Shown here one piece after another: positions 50,601 through 64,000 of a stretch of 64,000 nucleotides of DNA. The translations under genes were made by a program, and so were the position numbers. Source of the stretch: Geosiphon pyriformis uo1 (lineage: Eukaryota > Fungi > Glomeromycota); contig JAAOMT010000226.1 in assembly GCA_016748015.1 (NCBI GenBank), positions 1,036,604 to 1,100,603 of the forward strand, written 5' to 3'. The notes under the pieces were generated by a model. It was given only the letters and a program-made list of their open reading frames with translations. It did not search any database and was not told where the DNA came from. Within the stretch, counting starts at the first letter, position 1. Every line of letters begins with the position of its first letter.

Positions 50601-53151
50601 TTTTACCATTGGTTTGGTGATTAAAAATGCTTTGGAAAAAGATTGTAAGCTTTGATTGGTTTTGTAGAACATATAAAAAGCTTATAATTTAATTAGGTGA
50701 AAACATCTTGAAAAAAGTTTGATCAAGATAAAAATGTGTAGCAAATTCATTAGATTTTTTGGTAGCATTCACAACAGTCATGTCAATAGGAATATGATTG
50801 ACTTTGAACTTTTTGGTAATTATTGAATATATAATGATTTGAACCAGAAAGAAGTGTTCTCATCTCTTTTTTAGTGCATATTTTATAATCCTCTTCTGTG
50901 TAAAGTCAAGAGACAAAAAAGTATGTATGAGTATAGATTGAATTTTCACTTTGTCACCAAATTTTGTTATGCAGAATCTTGGATTGATTTGACATTTTTT
51001 TTTACTGCTGAAGCTTTTATTGATAACATAATCTGGGTTGATAACAATTAAACTACTACTCAATACATTCTAAATATTGCTAGTAAGTTTTTTTGAATCA
51101 ATAATATTTCTATTAATAATAACAAAATGGTGGCCATTTTTATTAATTGCAGAGTAGAGAGTTTTTCTTTGTTTATTAGTGGTTTGCCTATTTCTATTGT
51201 CAAAAAAGAGGAATCTTATTACTATCTGGGTATTTTTTTATCTACTAAAGGATTGTCAAAGCTTAGCTTGGCTAGACACATTCTGATATCAGGTTTTTTG
51301 CCAACTTAGTTTTGAGAAAGGCCATCTCAGATAAGCAATTTTTATATTTGGTGTTAGTGGTTCTTTATTCTATTATTAACTATAGAATGCAATTTAGTTT
51401 TATTCTGATTAGTGTATGTAGAAAGTGGAATGCTTTAATTTATAAGGACTTAAAATCAAAGTCTGGTCTACTTCTTAACTTCTCCAGTAATACAATCCAC
51501 TATTTTTCTTTGTATAGTTTAAAAACTTTTGAGCAAATTCAGACTAAGAGCAAATTGGCTTCCATTGTGTATTTTACAAACTTTGTTAGTATTTTGGATT
51601 ATCTTTTTTTATACAGATCACACAATTTACAAGTTTTGTGTTAATGTCTATTTTATCTTTTAAGCTTTTCAACTTGTATTAGGGTCAGTTTTTCTAATAA
51701 CTTTTTAGTAGATGTGATTTATTTTTTCTTTGAATATGGTTTATCTCTAAGTGGTCTTTTAAACAATTTTTTCTATCTTTTAAGTGAAACTTTCATGTTT
51801 TCTGTTCTTGGTGAACTAAGTTTTTTAAATTTTTTATTTATTTTAGCAATATGGCATTGCTTTTGTAAAACAACTTTGTAATTGTAATGACACTATTTTT
51901 GATTGGAAAATCTTCAAATGATGAAAAAAATTGGATTCTTGTGGCCCTATTCCTAAATGGTTCAAGTTTTTCATTAAATTTTTCAGTGGCATAGCATCTT
52001 TTTTAGCTTACTCTTTTATGTTAATTAGTTGTGAATCTTCGAATGTTCTTAAGTCTTATAAATTTGAGTTGGTTTATAGTCATTTGTCAAATATTAATAC
52101 TGGTAGCCTATTTGTTTACACAGATGGATCTCTAAAAGACATGGAAACATCTGGCATGAAAGTTAGAGCTGCAGTTTTTTTTGAAGATATTGGTTTGGGT
52201 TTGAATGTTAGAGTTTTTGGCTTGATGTTTTTAACTTTGATGAAGCTGCAAGCTATTGTATTGGCTTTCAAGTGTGTCTCTTTTCATAGCTCAGTTCAAC
52301 TTTTTACAAACAATCAAGCTGCTTTAGATGTGTCCAAATCAAAGTTGAGTTTAGTGTGTTCAGATTTTCGAAATAAATGTTGAATTAAATGTCAACACAT
52401 TGTAAGTGTCATCCAAAATAAAAATTTGAATGTTAGTTGGCATAAAGTAAAAGGTTACTTGGGGGTTTTGGATAATAAATGCACTAATATGCTTGCTAAT
52501 GTTGCTTTTCTTTCTAATTGGTATTTTTTTTCTCATTTAAAGAAACATTTTTTTAAGGCTAATAATAGTGTTGTTTCTGGTAATTTTAGACATTTTGTTT
52601 ATAACATTTTTCAGTCCATATATTGTGTACATTGAGATGTTAGTTTTGACTTTAAAGTCTTGGTAGATAGTTTGGTCTTGAAAATTGATTGGCTAAGTTT
52701 ATTTTTGGTATAATACTCTGATTCTTACATGGCTGCTGGATTTACTAGTAAGCTGACTGCTAGCACTTGTACTTATTTTATAAAGGCTTTGTACTATTGG
52801 CTGCCTATGGCTGTTTGGAAATATCTGTATAACAAGCACTACCCTAGTATGTTGTTTATGTTTTGTAACAATGTTGAGATCTCAAATCATGTTTTTTTTT
52901 GTATATTTGACAATTCTGTTCACCATTGGCTGTTAAACATCTTTGTAACTGCTTAGAATATACTGTCTGATCTTTTTTATTCTTTTTTTTGTATAATTCA
53001 GTTGTTATTTTTCTATACTTCAAATGTTGCAGTATATACAGCTCTTTGTAAGGGCTTTGTTTTTAGTGATTGGCTTTGGGAGATTGTGTTTATTTTCAGA
53101 GATTTCAAAATTGTGAGTTTGAAAATTGTGAACTTTGTGTGTAATTTCTGT

Positions 53152-54134
53152 TGTTACCAGACGAAATTAGAGATATTATGTAACATGAAATTATCTTATA
53201 AATCCTATTATTAATTAGCATATATTATTGTTTCAAATTATCACTTATTATATTAGCAAAATGTCCGAAATTATCATTTAATTAATAACCCAATTTGTAC
53301 ACAACACAAATATAACCTAATTGTGATGATCAATCATGCAATACCCCAAACTATGTAACATTCAAAAGTTCGCCAAAATTTGTAGAAATTTGCCGAAATA
53401 ATTGATAGTTTACTGAAATATCTAATAGTTCACAGAAATAACTTGTAGTTTGCTAAAATGTATCTTTAGTTCAGCAAAATTGTAGAAAAGAGCAAAGTTC
53501 AAGTTTATAGAATAGTGTTACAACAAGTTGTATAAAAGAAGAGCTTCTCTCTTCGAAAAAATGTATCTTACTTTAGATTTATCACTTAGAACCATTCTTA
53601 CACACACAAAAAGAAATAAATATCAAATAATTCGAAAAAAACCAAATTTTTTAAATTATTGTACTTGGAAAATCTTCAAAACTCAACTAACAGTTTGAAA
53701 TTGATTAGCTACCAATTTCAGTAAACTGTTAGTGACTCCAGGCCTGGATAGAAAAACGTTTCCCTTGATAAAATCTTATTTCTTTTACATTTCTTTTATT
53801 TTCTTTTTTTTTCTTATTACAATCATTAGGGTAACCTACAGACGAGATTCCTGTAGAAGAGTTAACTTTCACAGCAAAGTAACTACACATTTTTAGTGAG
53901 CTTTCAAATGAGCAATTCCTGGGAAAGAGTTGACATTTACTACAACATAACTACATAAAGCAACTGGCACAGAATTGGCAATTCCATTCATAAGCCCAGC
54001 AAGTTCAAATTATAGGAGATAATTTGAAGATAAATTCAGTTCTTGGAGGTCTAACTACTTCCTAGAAACGTGAATTCACAGCAAACAGGCATCAACAACA
54101 TTCAAGAAAGGAGACCAAAAAACCTCCAATAACA
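53152..54134 (+). mobile_element. Solo LTR related to family A
   Basis: tgttaccagacgaaattagag...caataaca, with TSD CTGT on both sides. It interrupts LINE ORF2. Confidence 0.93.
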
Positions 54135-54519
54135 CTGTCTTGCTTTTAGAAATAAAGTTTGGTTGGTCTATACTGTACACTGTGTTTTTATAAAAAAAAA
54201 TAGTTTGATACTACTAGATAATTTGGCATTTGTTTTGGTTTTTGAGATGTTTTTGGCACTTTTTACTAATATAATTAAATTACTTAGTATTACTAAGACA
54301 TTTGGTATTGGTTTTGGATTATATAAGTCTTGTCTGTTTTTTCAGGTATTGAAAATGCTATTTTGGTATATATAAATGCTTAGTATTGTTTTAATCAACT
54401 TGAATAACTAGTTATATATAGATATTATATAATTTACACTTAGTTTAGATTACTTATATGATGTATTGTATTAGGCAATATTTAGATCATACTTATAAAA
54501 TATAAAAAAAAAAAAATAA

Positions 54520-57500
54520 GATTGTTAATAATTTAACTAATAATACTGTTTATTTGTTTATGTGTTTTTTAATTTTAATTTATAAGAGTTTTTTTAAATT
54601 AATAATATAATTATTTAAATAATACTTGTTATTTTATGTGTAATATTTATTAAATTATATGTTATATTCAATAAAAAGCTAATCTAAATATTAATATAAT
54701 AATTAAAAATATAATTAAAAATATGAATTAATGCTATATATTTTTAGTTTAATATTCTAATTTTTATATATAGTTAAATTTTATTAATAAATCTATTGCT
54801 AATTTGTACATATATATAATAAAAATTGTTTATAAATAATTTTTTGTTGTTATTTAAAAATATTTATATAATAAAAAATAAAATTTCTTGTTTTTATTAT
54901 AATAAAACAGAATTTTTAACCAATATTTTTACATATAAGTTGAATTTTATTATTTAAATAGAATTATTAATAAATTTTACTAAGTATTAAACTTTTTTTA
55001 TTAATAATTTGTTTTTTTTTTTTGGTTTTGTAATTTTTTTATTTGATATTTCAAATACTGTTTTGTATATTACTATATATAAGAGTTTTGTTTTTAAAAT
55101 TTAATATAAGAAAGTGGTTTTAATCTTTAAAAATACTAAGATAATTTGTTTGTATTTAGTTTTTTTTAATAATAAATTATAAAAAAAAGATCTAAATATA
55201 TAAATTTAAATATAAAACAGCAATAAAAAAAGTAATTTAGTTGATAAAATTTGTTTGTTCTTTATAAATTATATAATTTTATTAATAATCTATTTAATAA
55301 AATAATTATTTATTAAATATTGTTAAAATTTTTGTAATTAGTTTTAATTTATATAGTAAATATTTGTTTTTTTGGTTTAAATAGTAATATTAATATTAAT
55401 ATAAGTATATAATATAATCTTAACTAATTCAAATAACTAGTTATATATAATAAATACATAAATTATATTTAGTTATAAATATTTAATTTGTTTATATATA
55501 TTAAACAGTAATTGAATTATATTTGTTAATAAATTTAATATTATAACAATAAATTAATTAAAAAATATTTAATTAAAATATTTAATAAAACATTAAATAA
55601 AATATTTAATAAATAAAATATTAAATATATTATGTTAAAAATATTTAATATAATAAAACAGTTTTTTAGTAAATTAGATTTGGTTTTAAGTATAGCTTAA
55701 CTAACTAATATAGTTTTGGCTTAAATAATTAATAATATATTTAAGCTAATTATATAATATTTTATATAATATATATATAAATATCAATTAAATTACATTT
55801 AATAAAAACTTATAAATAAAAATAAATATGTTTAATTTATATTTTTAAATATTATAATTAAAATTAATTATTATTCTTATTATTATTATTATTTTTAGTA
55901 TTAGCTATTTAATTTGATTTTAATTTTAAGCTTTTAAACATAATAAAAACACAATTTAAAAAAGCTGTATTATTTTTATATTAGATTTTAGTATAAATAT
56001 TTTAAATAAACAATAAATGTTTTTTGAAAAAAATCAAAAATCAAAACTTTTTTTTTATGTTTCAAACTTCTAAAAAAGTATAATATTTTAAGAAAAGTTT
56101 TTTTTGTTTTATTTTATTTCTTACTATTCAGCTAGATATTTTTAAATTTTTTGGTTTAAATACAAGACTATTAGTTTTACTAACAGTTGAATATAAAAAA
56201 ACCAAAAAAAATCTGGTTTTGGCTTGGTTATTATAAACTTATTAGCTAAAAAAAAGTGTAAAAAATTTTTTTAAAAAAATTCATTGTGGTTATTAGTGCT
56301 AATATTTTAAAAGATGATCTTCTATTTGAAAAAACATCTGGTTTTAAAGCTAAAAACCCTATTAAGACAGAAAATATAAACATAAAAAAAAATTTCTTAT
56401 TGAAAAGACAAATTTTTAACATAAAAATAATAATAAACTTGCCAATAAAAATGTTAATATAACTCCTAAAAAGCTAAAAAAAATTGTAACAAAATAAATA
56501 TTAAAAATTTTTTTAAGTATAATTAATTTTAATAACAATAATAATAATAATAATAATGTTTTAGACAAATTTTTTTTTATTCTTTTTATTCTTTTTTTTT
56601 ATTAAAACTATTAATAAATATTTCAGTTTATAAATCTTTTATTTTAGATGTAAATTTGTTAACAATATTATTAACAAAAAAGCATGGTTTTGAAAACTTT
56701 TTTAATAACAATAATACTTTTTCTTAGCAATATATATATGGTTATATAAATTATTTTAGTATTTAAAAGAGTGAAAAAGTATTAAATAGATTATTAAAGT
56801 AAAAAAAAATTGTTATTACTATTTTATTTTTGGATAAAAATTAGCTTAATATGAGTTTTTATAAAAAAAAATAATTAAATTTACATTTAAAACACAAAAA
56901 GTAAATCAAAACCAAAAAACAAACTATTTAATTAAAGTATAACCAAAATTTTTTCAAATAATCATTGAAAATATATGGTGTTTAAAAATTTATTTTGAAA
57001 GTAAAGATAAAAAAATTTATAAAAAAACATAACTAAAATATTTAATTAATTAAAACATTATTGTTAAGATTAATCTTTAACAATATAATATTTTTTATTA
57101 CTTGATTAATACTATAATTAAAACAAGATCAGATAATAAAACTAATAGCTTATTAGATAAAATAAGTCATAATATAAAATATTAATAATATATATTAAAA
57201 GACCAAAAATAATAAAAAATTTAAAAAAATAATAAAAAATATATACATATTTTAAATATTAATAAAAAGTATTTAGAACTTAAAAAAAAAGACATATAAA
57301 AAAAATAACTAATTATTTACTATAAAACTATAGAAAAAAATTGGCTTAATATAAAATTAATACCTTTTTTAATTTATAAAAAGTCGTATATTTAGTTAAA
57401 TTACATAAAATCTACATATTATTTTAAGACTATTTTAAATATATCATTATTTATATATATTAAATTAATTAATTTACTTGTAAGCTTACTTAAAATGTTA

Positions 57501-58266
57501 TTTTTTCTAAAAGCTAGTAATTTAATTAATCAGATTTAAATAGCTAGATTTAGAATTGTGATTATATATTATTAATATTAATTATAATTATGATTAACAC
57601 AATTAGACATAAATCAATTGATTACATTTTTTAGTAACTATTTTTGGATAATAATTACAGATTTGGAACATTAAACTGCATAAATAAATGTGTGTAAAAA
57701 TTTTAAAGTATAATAAAGTCTGTTGTTATTAGATTATATATATTAATTTTTAATTTTTATTAATGTTTTTTAGTTTTCTAAGATTTTTTTGTATTTAATT
57801 TAGTTAAACAATTAAATTGTGTTATATTTTTTTGTTATTATTAAGTTGATTGCTAATTTTTTATTTTTTATTTACTAACTAATTTTGTTAATTAAATATG
57901 ATAATGTAAACTTTTTTTACATGATTTTAATAGTAAATTTTTATGGTATGTGTTGTAATTTTTGCATTAAAAAACCATAAAAATTTTTGATAACAACAAT
58001 TAGTAAAAAGTTTTTCAAAACAAACTAAAACTTTTTTTTTGGTGTTAATAATTTTAGAAAAGCTTTTATTTTCTCAAAATTTGACAGAATTATTTGGAGA
58101 TTTTTTACTTTTAAAAAAGCAATTTTAGCTGTAACAAATTTGGCAAATAATTAAAATATTATAATAAACACTAATCTTAAACATTTAATAAACAATTGAA
58201 TAAATCAAACAAATATTATGAAAAAAATTTCTGTAAGAACATTTGTAAAAACTGTGTAAATTATGC
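54520..58266 (+). repeat. AT-eroded fossil LINE fragments
   Basis: Ghost 3' UTR at about 55410-55540, ghost 5' end and ORF1 at about 56043-56690, and an ORF1 piece at about 57985-58266 collinear with 22010-22280. Confidence 0.7.
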
Positions 58267-60977
58267 TGTTATGGTTTAAGAATTTAGCAAAAGAATCATA
58301 AAAATAATATAAACTATTCAATCATAATATAGTGCAGTAATAATCTTAGAAAGGTAATGATTAACATAGTAGTAAACACCATTTTGTGATAGTGGCAAGC
58401 ACCAATTCACAATAGCAGCCAATACCAATTGGTGATAGCAGCAAACACCAGGTTGAAATATCAAAAAGAAAGTATTACAATGTGTTTTCTTGTAGAACTA
58501 CAAACATGTATATATATAGTAGCTTTAATATTGGGAAAAAACAGTCAAGTAATAAAAATCATAACTTATCAAGCAATAGATCCAATTTTATTCAACAAAC
58601 TTCACTTTAAATCATACTTTCAATTTAAATATCCCAAGAAACCTTTAAATCAAAAAGAAATGAAAAAGAATATTTAAAACTGAATTATCACAACCCAAAG
58701 TATTAAGAAACTTACTTGTATTATTTATTGAATGAAACTATCATTCATCAACTGAATTCCTTGGAAGAATAATCCTTGATCAAGATTATTTACATTGTTA
58801 CTAATTGATAAAAGCTTTATTGTAAGAATTAGAAAAAGTGCTAAAGGCCATTAACATTCTGTGTTTCTAAATTAGAGAAACACATCAGGCAATTGCAAGG
58901 ATAGCCTCAGAGAAGACCCCAGACAGTGAGTAGATTTCAGTTCAGCCTCTGAGAAGGAGTACATAAACACACACAACAATCAGGAATTGAAGAATAACTT
59001 ACATCACAACATTAAAAAGAAAGCCTTCAGTATAACAGTGACATTATCACACAAATAGAATTAAGGAACTCATGAAAGACTGATTGCAATTAAAATGGGA
59101 TATCAGCAATTAAATATAACAAGAAAACCATCCTGTAACATTTGGTGAACCCTACAAGAAAAAAAAATCAAAAAGGAAATAATAATTAGCAATAATTCAT
59201 TGCTAAAAAGGAAGAGACAAAAGTGGTGACAAAAACTCCTAATCTTACTGTTCTTGAATTCTGCCATGCTATTTACACACAAAATCAAAGTGATCTTGGA
59301 TTACCAGAAGGGTGTTGTCCAGCAGAATCTGCTTTCACTTATTATATCAATGCCAGAATAAATTATCATATAGGAAAGGAAAAAGAACCACACAACACAA
59401 AACTTGGATTGTATAGAGAATTATCACAATACACTACAAAAGAAGTAGCAGTAATAGCTGCAACTATTGTCAAAATCCATCGAAAAATTAAGCAATACAC
59501 CAATGAAAATTTTCTAATATCTACAAGAAACACTAGGGAACACATCAACAAAACCAAAGAAAATTTAGAAACTAATTAGGAAAGTAACCAGCAAAAACTA
59601 GGAACACCTGCTTAAACACCAAAAAAAACTGGCACTCAATTAATAAAGAAACAATGTATTTATTCACCAGAAGATAAATCGTACCATTTTTCACTAGAAA
59701 ATAAGATACAAATTCCATTAGAAGCTGCATCATCATCAACATCAACTCCACAAACACCAAGAACTCTTAGTTATACTGATAAAATTAAACAACGTAACTG
59801 GGGAGACATACCAATTACAGGAAAATATTCATCACTATTCCAAAACCCTTTTTTTTAGCCAAAATTTAGAACAGGGTTTGAAAACCATGAAAAGGAGTTT
59901 GAATCGGAATCCAAAAAAGAGACCAGCAAAAAAACAATCACAAGACCAGTCACTAGAACAAGCAGCCAGTCCAGAAACCAAGAAACTCGTGATCAAGAGG
60001 AAAAACTGGATATAAGGGAAGCCACTTTCAGGAACGCTCAAGGAAATATCATCCCACCTTCTCTTAGACCAATAAGCCCACCAGTAGAAAACGGCAACAA
60101 AATGACCACACCATACATTACAAGACTAACAGATTTCTCAGGAGAGAAAAAAAAAACAGACATGCACATGTGGCTCAGAGAAGCACCATTCAGGCAAATA
60201 ACTGGAACAACCAAAGAGCAATTCAAACATTACCTTTCTTCCTGAAAGGCACAGCCGACTTATGGTATCAAAGCCTGGAAACAAAACCCATGAGCTTTGC
60301 TGAATTTAAAAATGCACTCCTGGAGTATTTTAGTGACCCAAACGCCGTAATTCAATTACAGAACAAATTCAATACTATTAAGCAAAATACTGGTGAAACT
60401 GTCACCTAATACCTTGCTTGATTCAATTAAATTTGCTGTCAGATTGAAGCAATTGAACAAGGATACTACACTGATCCTCAGGTTTTAAATCAGTTTATTA
60501 GAGAATTAAAAAACAGCATTTTAGGAAGAGTACACCCTGCCCATCCTAATTCCTTACCAGAAGCCATTACACTCGCCAGAGCCCTTAAATCAGCTGAGAA
60601 AGAAGCTAACCATAGTCAAATAATTAACATAATAATAGAGGAAAATAAAACAGAAACATTAAAGAAAAGAGTAATACAATTAGGGGAGAAACTCTTTAAG
60701 AAAATAGAAAGTTACCTCATTCCGGATCCGAGAAGAAATACATACCAACCACTCCAAAGACGCAGCCAGGAAGTCAGTGACAGTCAAAATAATTACTCAT
60801 TATGCCAGGAATTCAGAACAGAAACGCATGCCTGCTATTTTTGCAAATGCGTAGGACATTTGATTAGTCAATGTCAAACACGAATGATGCAGGAAGCACG
60901 CAAAAATAATTACTACGCGCCACTCCAAATGCCCAGAAACCAGTACACGTTAATACCATGTGAATATTCCACCACGT

Positions 60978-61986
60978 TGTTACGGTTTAAGAATTTAGCA
61001 AAAAGAATCATAAAAATAATACAAATTATTCAATCATAATATAGCACAGTAATAATCTTAGAAAGGTAATGATTAACATAGTAGCAAACACCATCTCGCG
61101 ATAGTGGCAAGCACCAGTTCACAATAGCAGCCAACACCAACTGGTGATAGCAGCAAGCACCAGGTTGAAATATCAAAAAGAAAGTATTTTCTCGTAGAAC
61201 TACAAACATGTATATATACAGTAGTTTTAATATTGGGAAAGAATCAATCAAGTAATAAAAATCATAACTTATCAAGCAATAGATCCAATTTTATCCAACA
61301 AACTCCACTTTAAATCANNNNNNNNNNNNNNNNNNNNGAATGTAGTGTTGGTTTTTCCAATGAAAGGTTCTAATAGTTGGATAGTTGTTTTGTCAAACAC
61401 TCTAGTTGAGTCTTTTGAGTATAATGTTTGTATGTTCAAGTGCTTTCCTAGTTGATAATAACAGTAATTAATTGGAAATTTTGTTTTCAAGTTGCTAAAT
61501 GTGTCTGGTGTTAATTCACTTATTTCTATTTCTTCCATTATTAATGTATTGCCCAATGCTATCTCTAATTTTTCAATAACTTTGCTAATAAATTTGTTGT
61601 TATATTTGGCAATATTATATGGTTTGAAATTATGTTTTTTTCTTGTTTTTGGATTTTCTATTGTTTTTTTTATGTATGTTATTTTGGAGCTATTAACTGT
61701 GATTTTTAGATCGGATTTTAATTGTTGTAAGCTTTCAACTAATTGTTGAGTTATATTGTTGANNNNNNNNNNNNNNNNNNNNNNNNNNNNNNNNCTGAGA
61801 AGGAGTACATAAACACACACAACAATCAAGAATTAAAGAATAACTTACATCGCAACAGTAAAAAGAAAGCCTTCAGTGTAACAGTGACATTATCACACAA
61901 ATAGAATTGAGGAACTCACGAAAGACTGATTGCAATTAAAGCGGGATATCAGCAATTAAATATAACAAGAAAACCATCCCGTAACA
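60978..61986 (+). mobile_element. Family B LTR insertion nested in family B gag (contains two assembly gaps)
   Basis: tgttacggtttaag start and cgtaaca end, with TSD ACGT on both sides. N runs at about 61318-61337 and 61763-61794. Confidence 0.85.
61338..61762 (-). pseudogene. Fragment of a Gypsy ORF3 homologue between gaps
   Basis: ITQQLVESLQQLKSDLKITVNSSKITY, FKPY and PINYCYYQLGKHL align with LSQKLMLALKTISELSITVTGNHINY, YHPY and PIYRYFYIGKTL of ORF3. Confidence 0.6.
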
Positions 61987-64000
61987 ACGTATCAAAATCA
62001 AGGAGCTTACCAGCAACAGCCCATGATAGCCAACCTGAATTGGTGTTCCAAGACCCAAAATCAGCCTATGTGGAACCAGAACACGTTGGTCTAGAGGAAT
62101 CCAAACTGCACCAGAACCAATCAGCAAACCAATCCAAACTACCAAAATTATCAACAAACTTACCTTAATATACCAGAAAATCTAATCATTAGAAACAATG
62201 ATGGTAGAAACATAAACAGAACCAAAAATTTTTCCAACAAATTGAGCCAGACAATATCACCAGCAGTTGCCACTAAAGATAGCAGCCTCGCAGCTATTTT
62301 TTCTTTTGAATTAGAGGAAAATGAGGCTATGTTCAGTGGAGCAGCATTGGACGAAAAATGCCCAATCATTGCTATGTATACGGAAGCCACTGTAAACAAT
62401 ACCCCAATTAAACTTATCTTAGACAGTAGATCCACTGGAAGCATTGTAACGCTTCAACTAGTAAACCAACTGGGTTTCAAAGTTGATCATGCTGCAATGT
62501 CCCAAATCATAACAGCCAATAGAAGTACAAAGCTGCCTTATAGCGAAATTGACTTATTTCCTTTCAAAATTAATGACATAGTAATACCTATAAAAGTATT
62601 AGTAATGGATGCTACACAATATCAAGTGTTAGTAGGGAATGACTGGCTAACAAAAGCCAACACCACCTTAGACTGGACCACCCAAAAGCTTCTGATCAAT
62701 TATAATGGCCACCAGGCCAAAATTTCAGCCACCTGTGGCCACTTCCAAAAACCCAGCGCCAACCAAAGACCTACCTTCGAATTTGAGAAAAATCCAGCAC
62801 TACCAGCCATCAAAACCTATCAGCTTTCTTGGGCTGATGACCAAAGAACAGGACTACCAATCATACCAATATGGACCAGTGAAGAAAGATTTGAATGAAA
62901 CCAGGTAAGTTCATGAAAAAACTACCAGCAATGCAGACCAAAGCTAGAATGCTCAGTTTGCAAGAAAAAACTCTTGTCTATGACTACATGCAGTGCACCA
63001 GACGAAGACCCAAAAAACCCCACCCACTACTATTGTAACTGTTGTAACAAAAAAAAATATGGTTACTCAGAAAGACACAGAAAATGGGATAAGGAATCGT
63101 GCCTCGCTTGTAAAAAACCATTACCAAGAGAGTGCGATTGGAACAACATACCAGGCAGAGGAGGAACGTGTGATGCAACTTGCCAATACACAATCCTCAT
63201 CTGTAACTGGGTAAGAGGAGGAACGCCGTTCGAAGCAGCGTTCAACAGAGCATTAAAAAGACTACAGCACTACTCACACAACGAGAACAAGTTGTACAAC
63301 ACCACACAAGCCAAAGTAAGAGGAGAAACTGCTGAAGAAATACGATGTTGGAAAGAGTCAGCTGAAGTAGCCGACGAAGTCGCCAGCTACAACATATTTG
63401 ACCCAGTGGACAAATTTCAGAACTACTACCAACAACTATGCCTCACTCGACAAGAGCAAGAACAATATCTCGCCCAAATCAACACTTACTTCTGTGAAAA
63501 CTGTCTCATCCTGTGCCAAAATCAGTGCTGTAAAAAGTGTCAAGACAAAAGGGACTTAGAAAGAAAAATGGAAATTGAGAATCAGCAGTCTCAAAATCAA
63601 TCAATAAATCAACAAGACTTACCTGATGGTCCTGATTCAGAAAAATTTGTAGCCTATACCGACCTAGAACAGGTGACCAATATCTGATACTTCGACAATA
63701 AACACTTAGGAATAATACCCAAAAGAGCCCATCCAACCGACACCGGATTCGATCTACATTATCTGGAAGACCAATTCACAACGTTACCACCCAGAAGCAT
63801 CACCAAAATTGACCTAAAAATAGCAGTTAAAATTCCGCCAGGAATAATGATTCAAATAGTGTCGCAATCAAGCCTTGCAAAAAAAAGAATAAGCATTCAA
63901 GGAGGAGTAATTGACTCCAGATACACTGAAAATTTGATGGTTTTGCTACAGAACAATTCAGAAAAGCCTTATATCATTGAATCTAAAAAAAAGATTGCAC

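Larger units (their letters stand above)
37495..54517 (+). mobile_element. LINE copy, near full length, split by Gypsy A and a solo LTR
   Basis: 5' end at 37495. ORF1 resumes at 47670, and ORF2 runs from about 49315 to 54383 collinear with the 21.4-28.2 kb copy, with an internal deletion near 49830. Ends in the 3' UTR and A tail. Confidence 0.9.
58267..64000 (+). mobile_element. Ty3/Gypsy family B (5' LTR, gag, protease, Cys-rich module, dUTPase); runs off the window
   Basis: LTR 58267-59140 (TGTTA..GTAACA), then ttTGGT. Coding motifs: Gag LPFFLKGTADLWY, CYFCKCVGHLISQC, LILDSRS, and dUTPase AHPTDTGFDL..GGVIDSRY. Confidence 0.92.

Overview
Eukaryotic (fungal) nuclear DNA with spliceosomal introns. 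Gene and repeat content suggest an early-diverging fungus, probably Glomeromycotina (inference). There are two small gene islands. Island 1 (1.8-6.5 kb) holds a fatty-aldehyde dehydrogenase and an MFSD1-like transporter. Island 2 (16.0-20.9 kb) holds an intronless nuclear mitochondrial Rps3, a fructosamine kinase and an MSS116-like DEAD-box helicase. The rest is nested, decayed transposons: Tc1 relics, an IS607-type resolvase scrap, several RNase H-bearing LINE copies, an intron-containing DDE transposon, and two related Ty3/Gypsy families. The Gypsy lineage is the most unusual feature. It has an apparent GTG-initiated Gag, a conserved uncharacterised Cys-rich module plus dUTPase between protease and RT, an integrase that appears to be a separate ORF, a conserved non-env ORF3, and 4-bp target duplications with a central YR step, always inside other transposons. 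Most repeats show heavy C>T/G>A erosion that grades into extremely AT-rich fossil tracts, resembling RIP.
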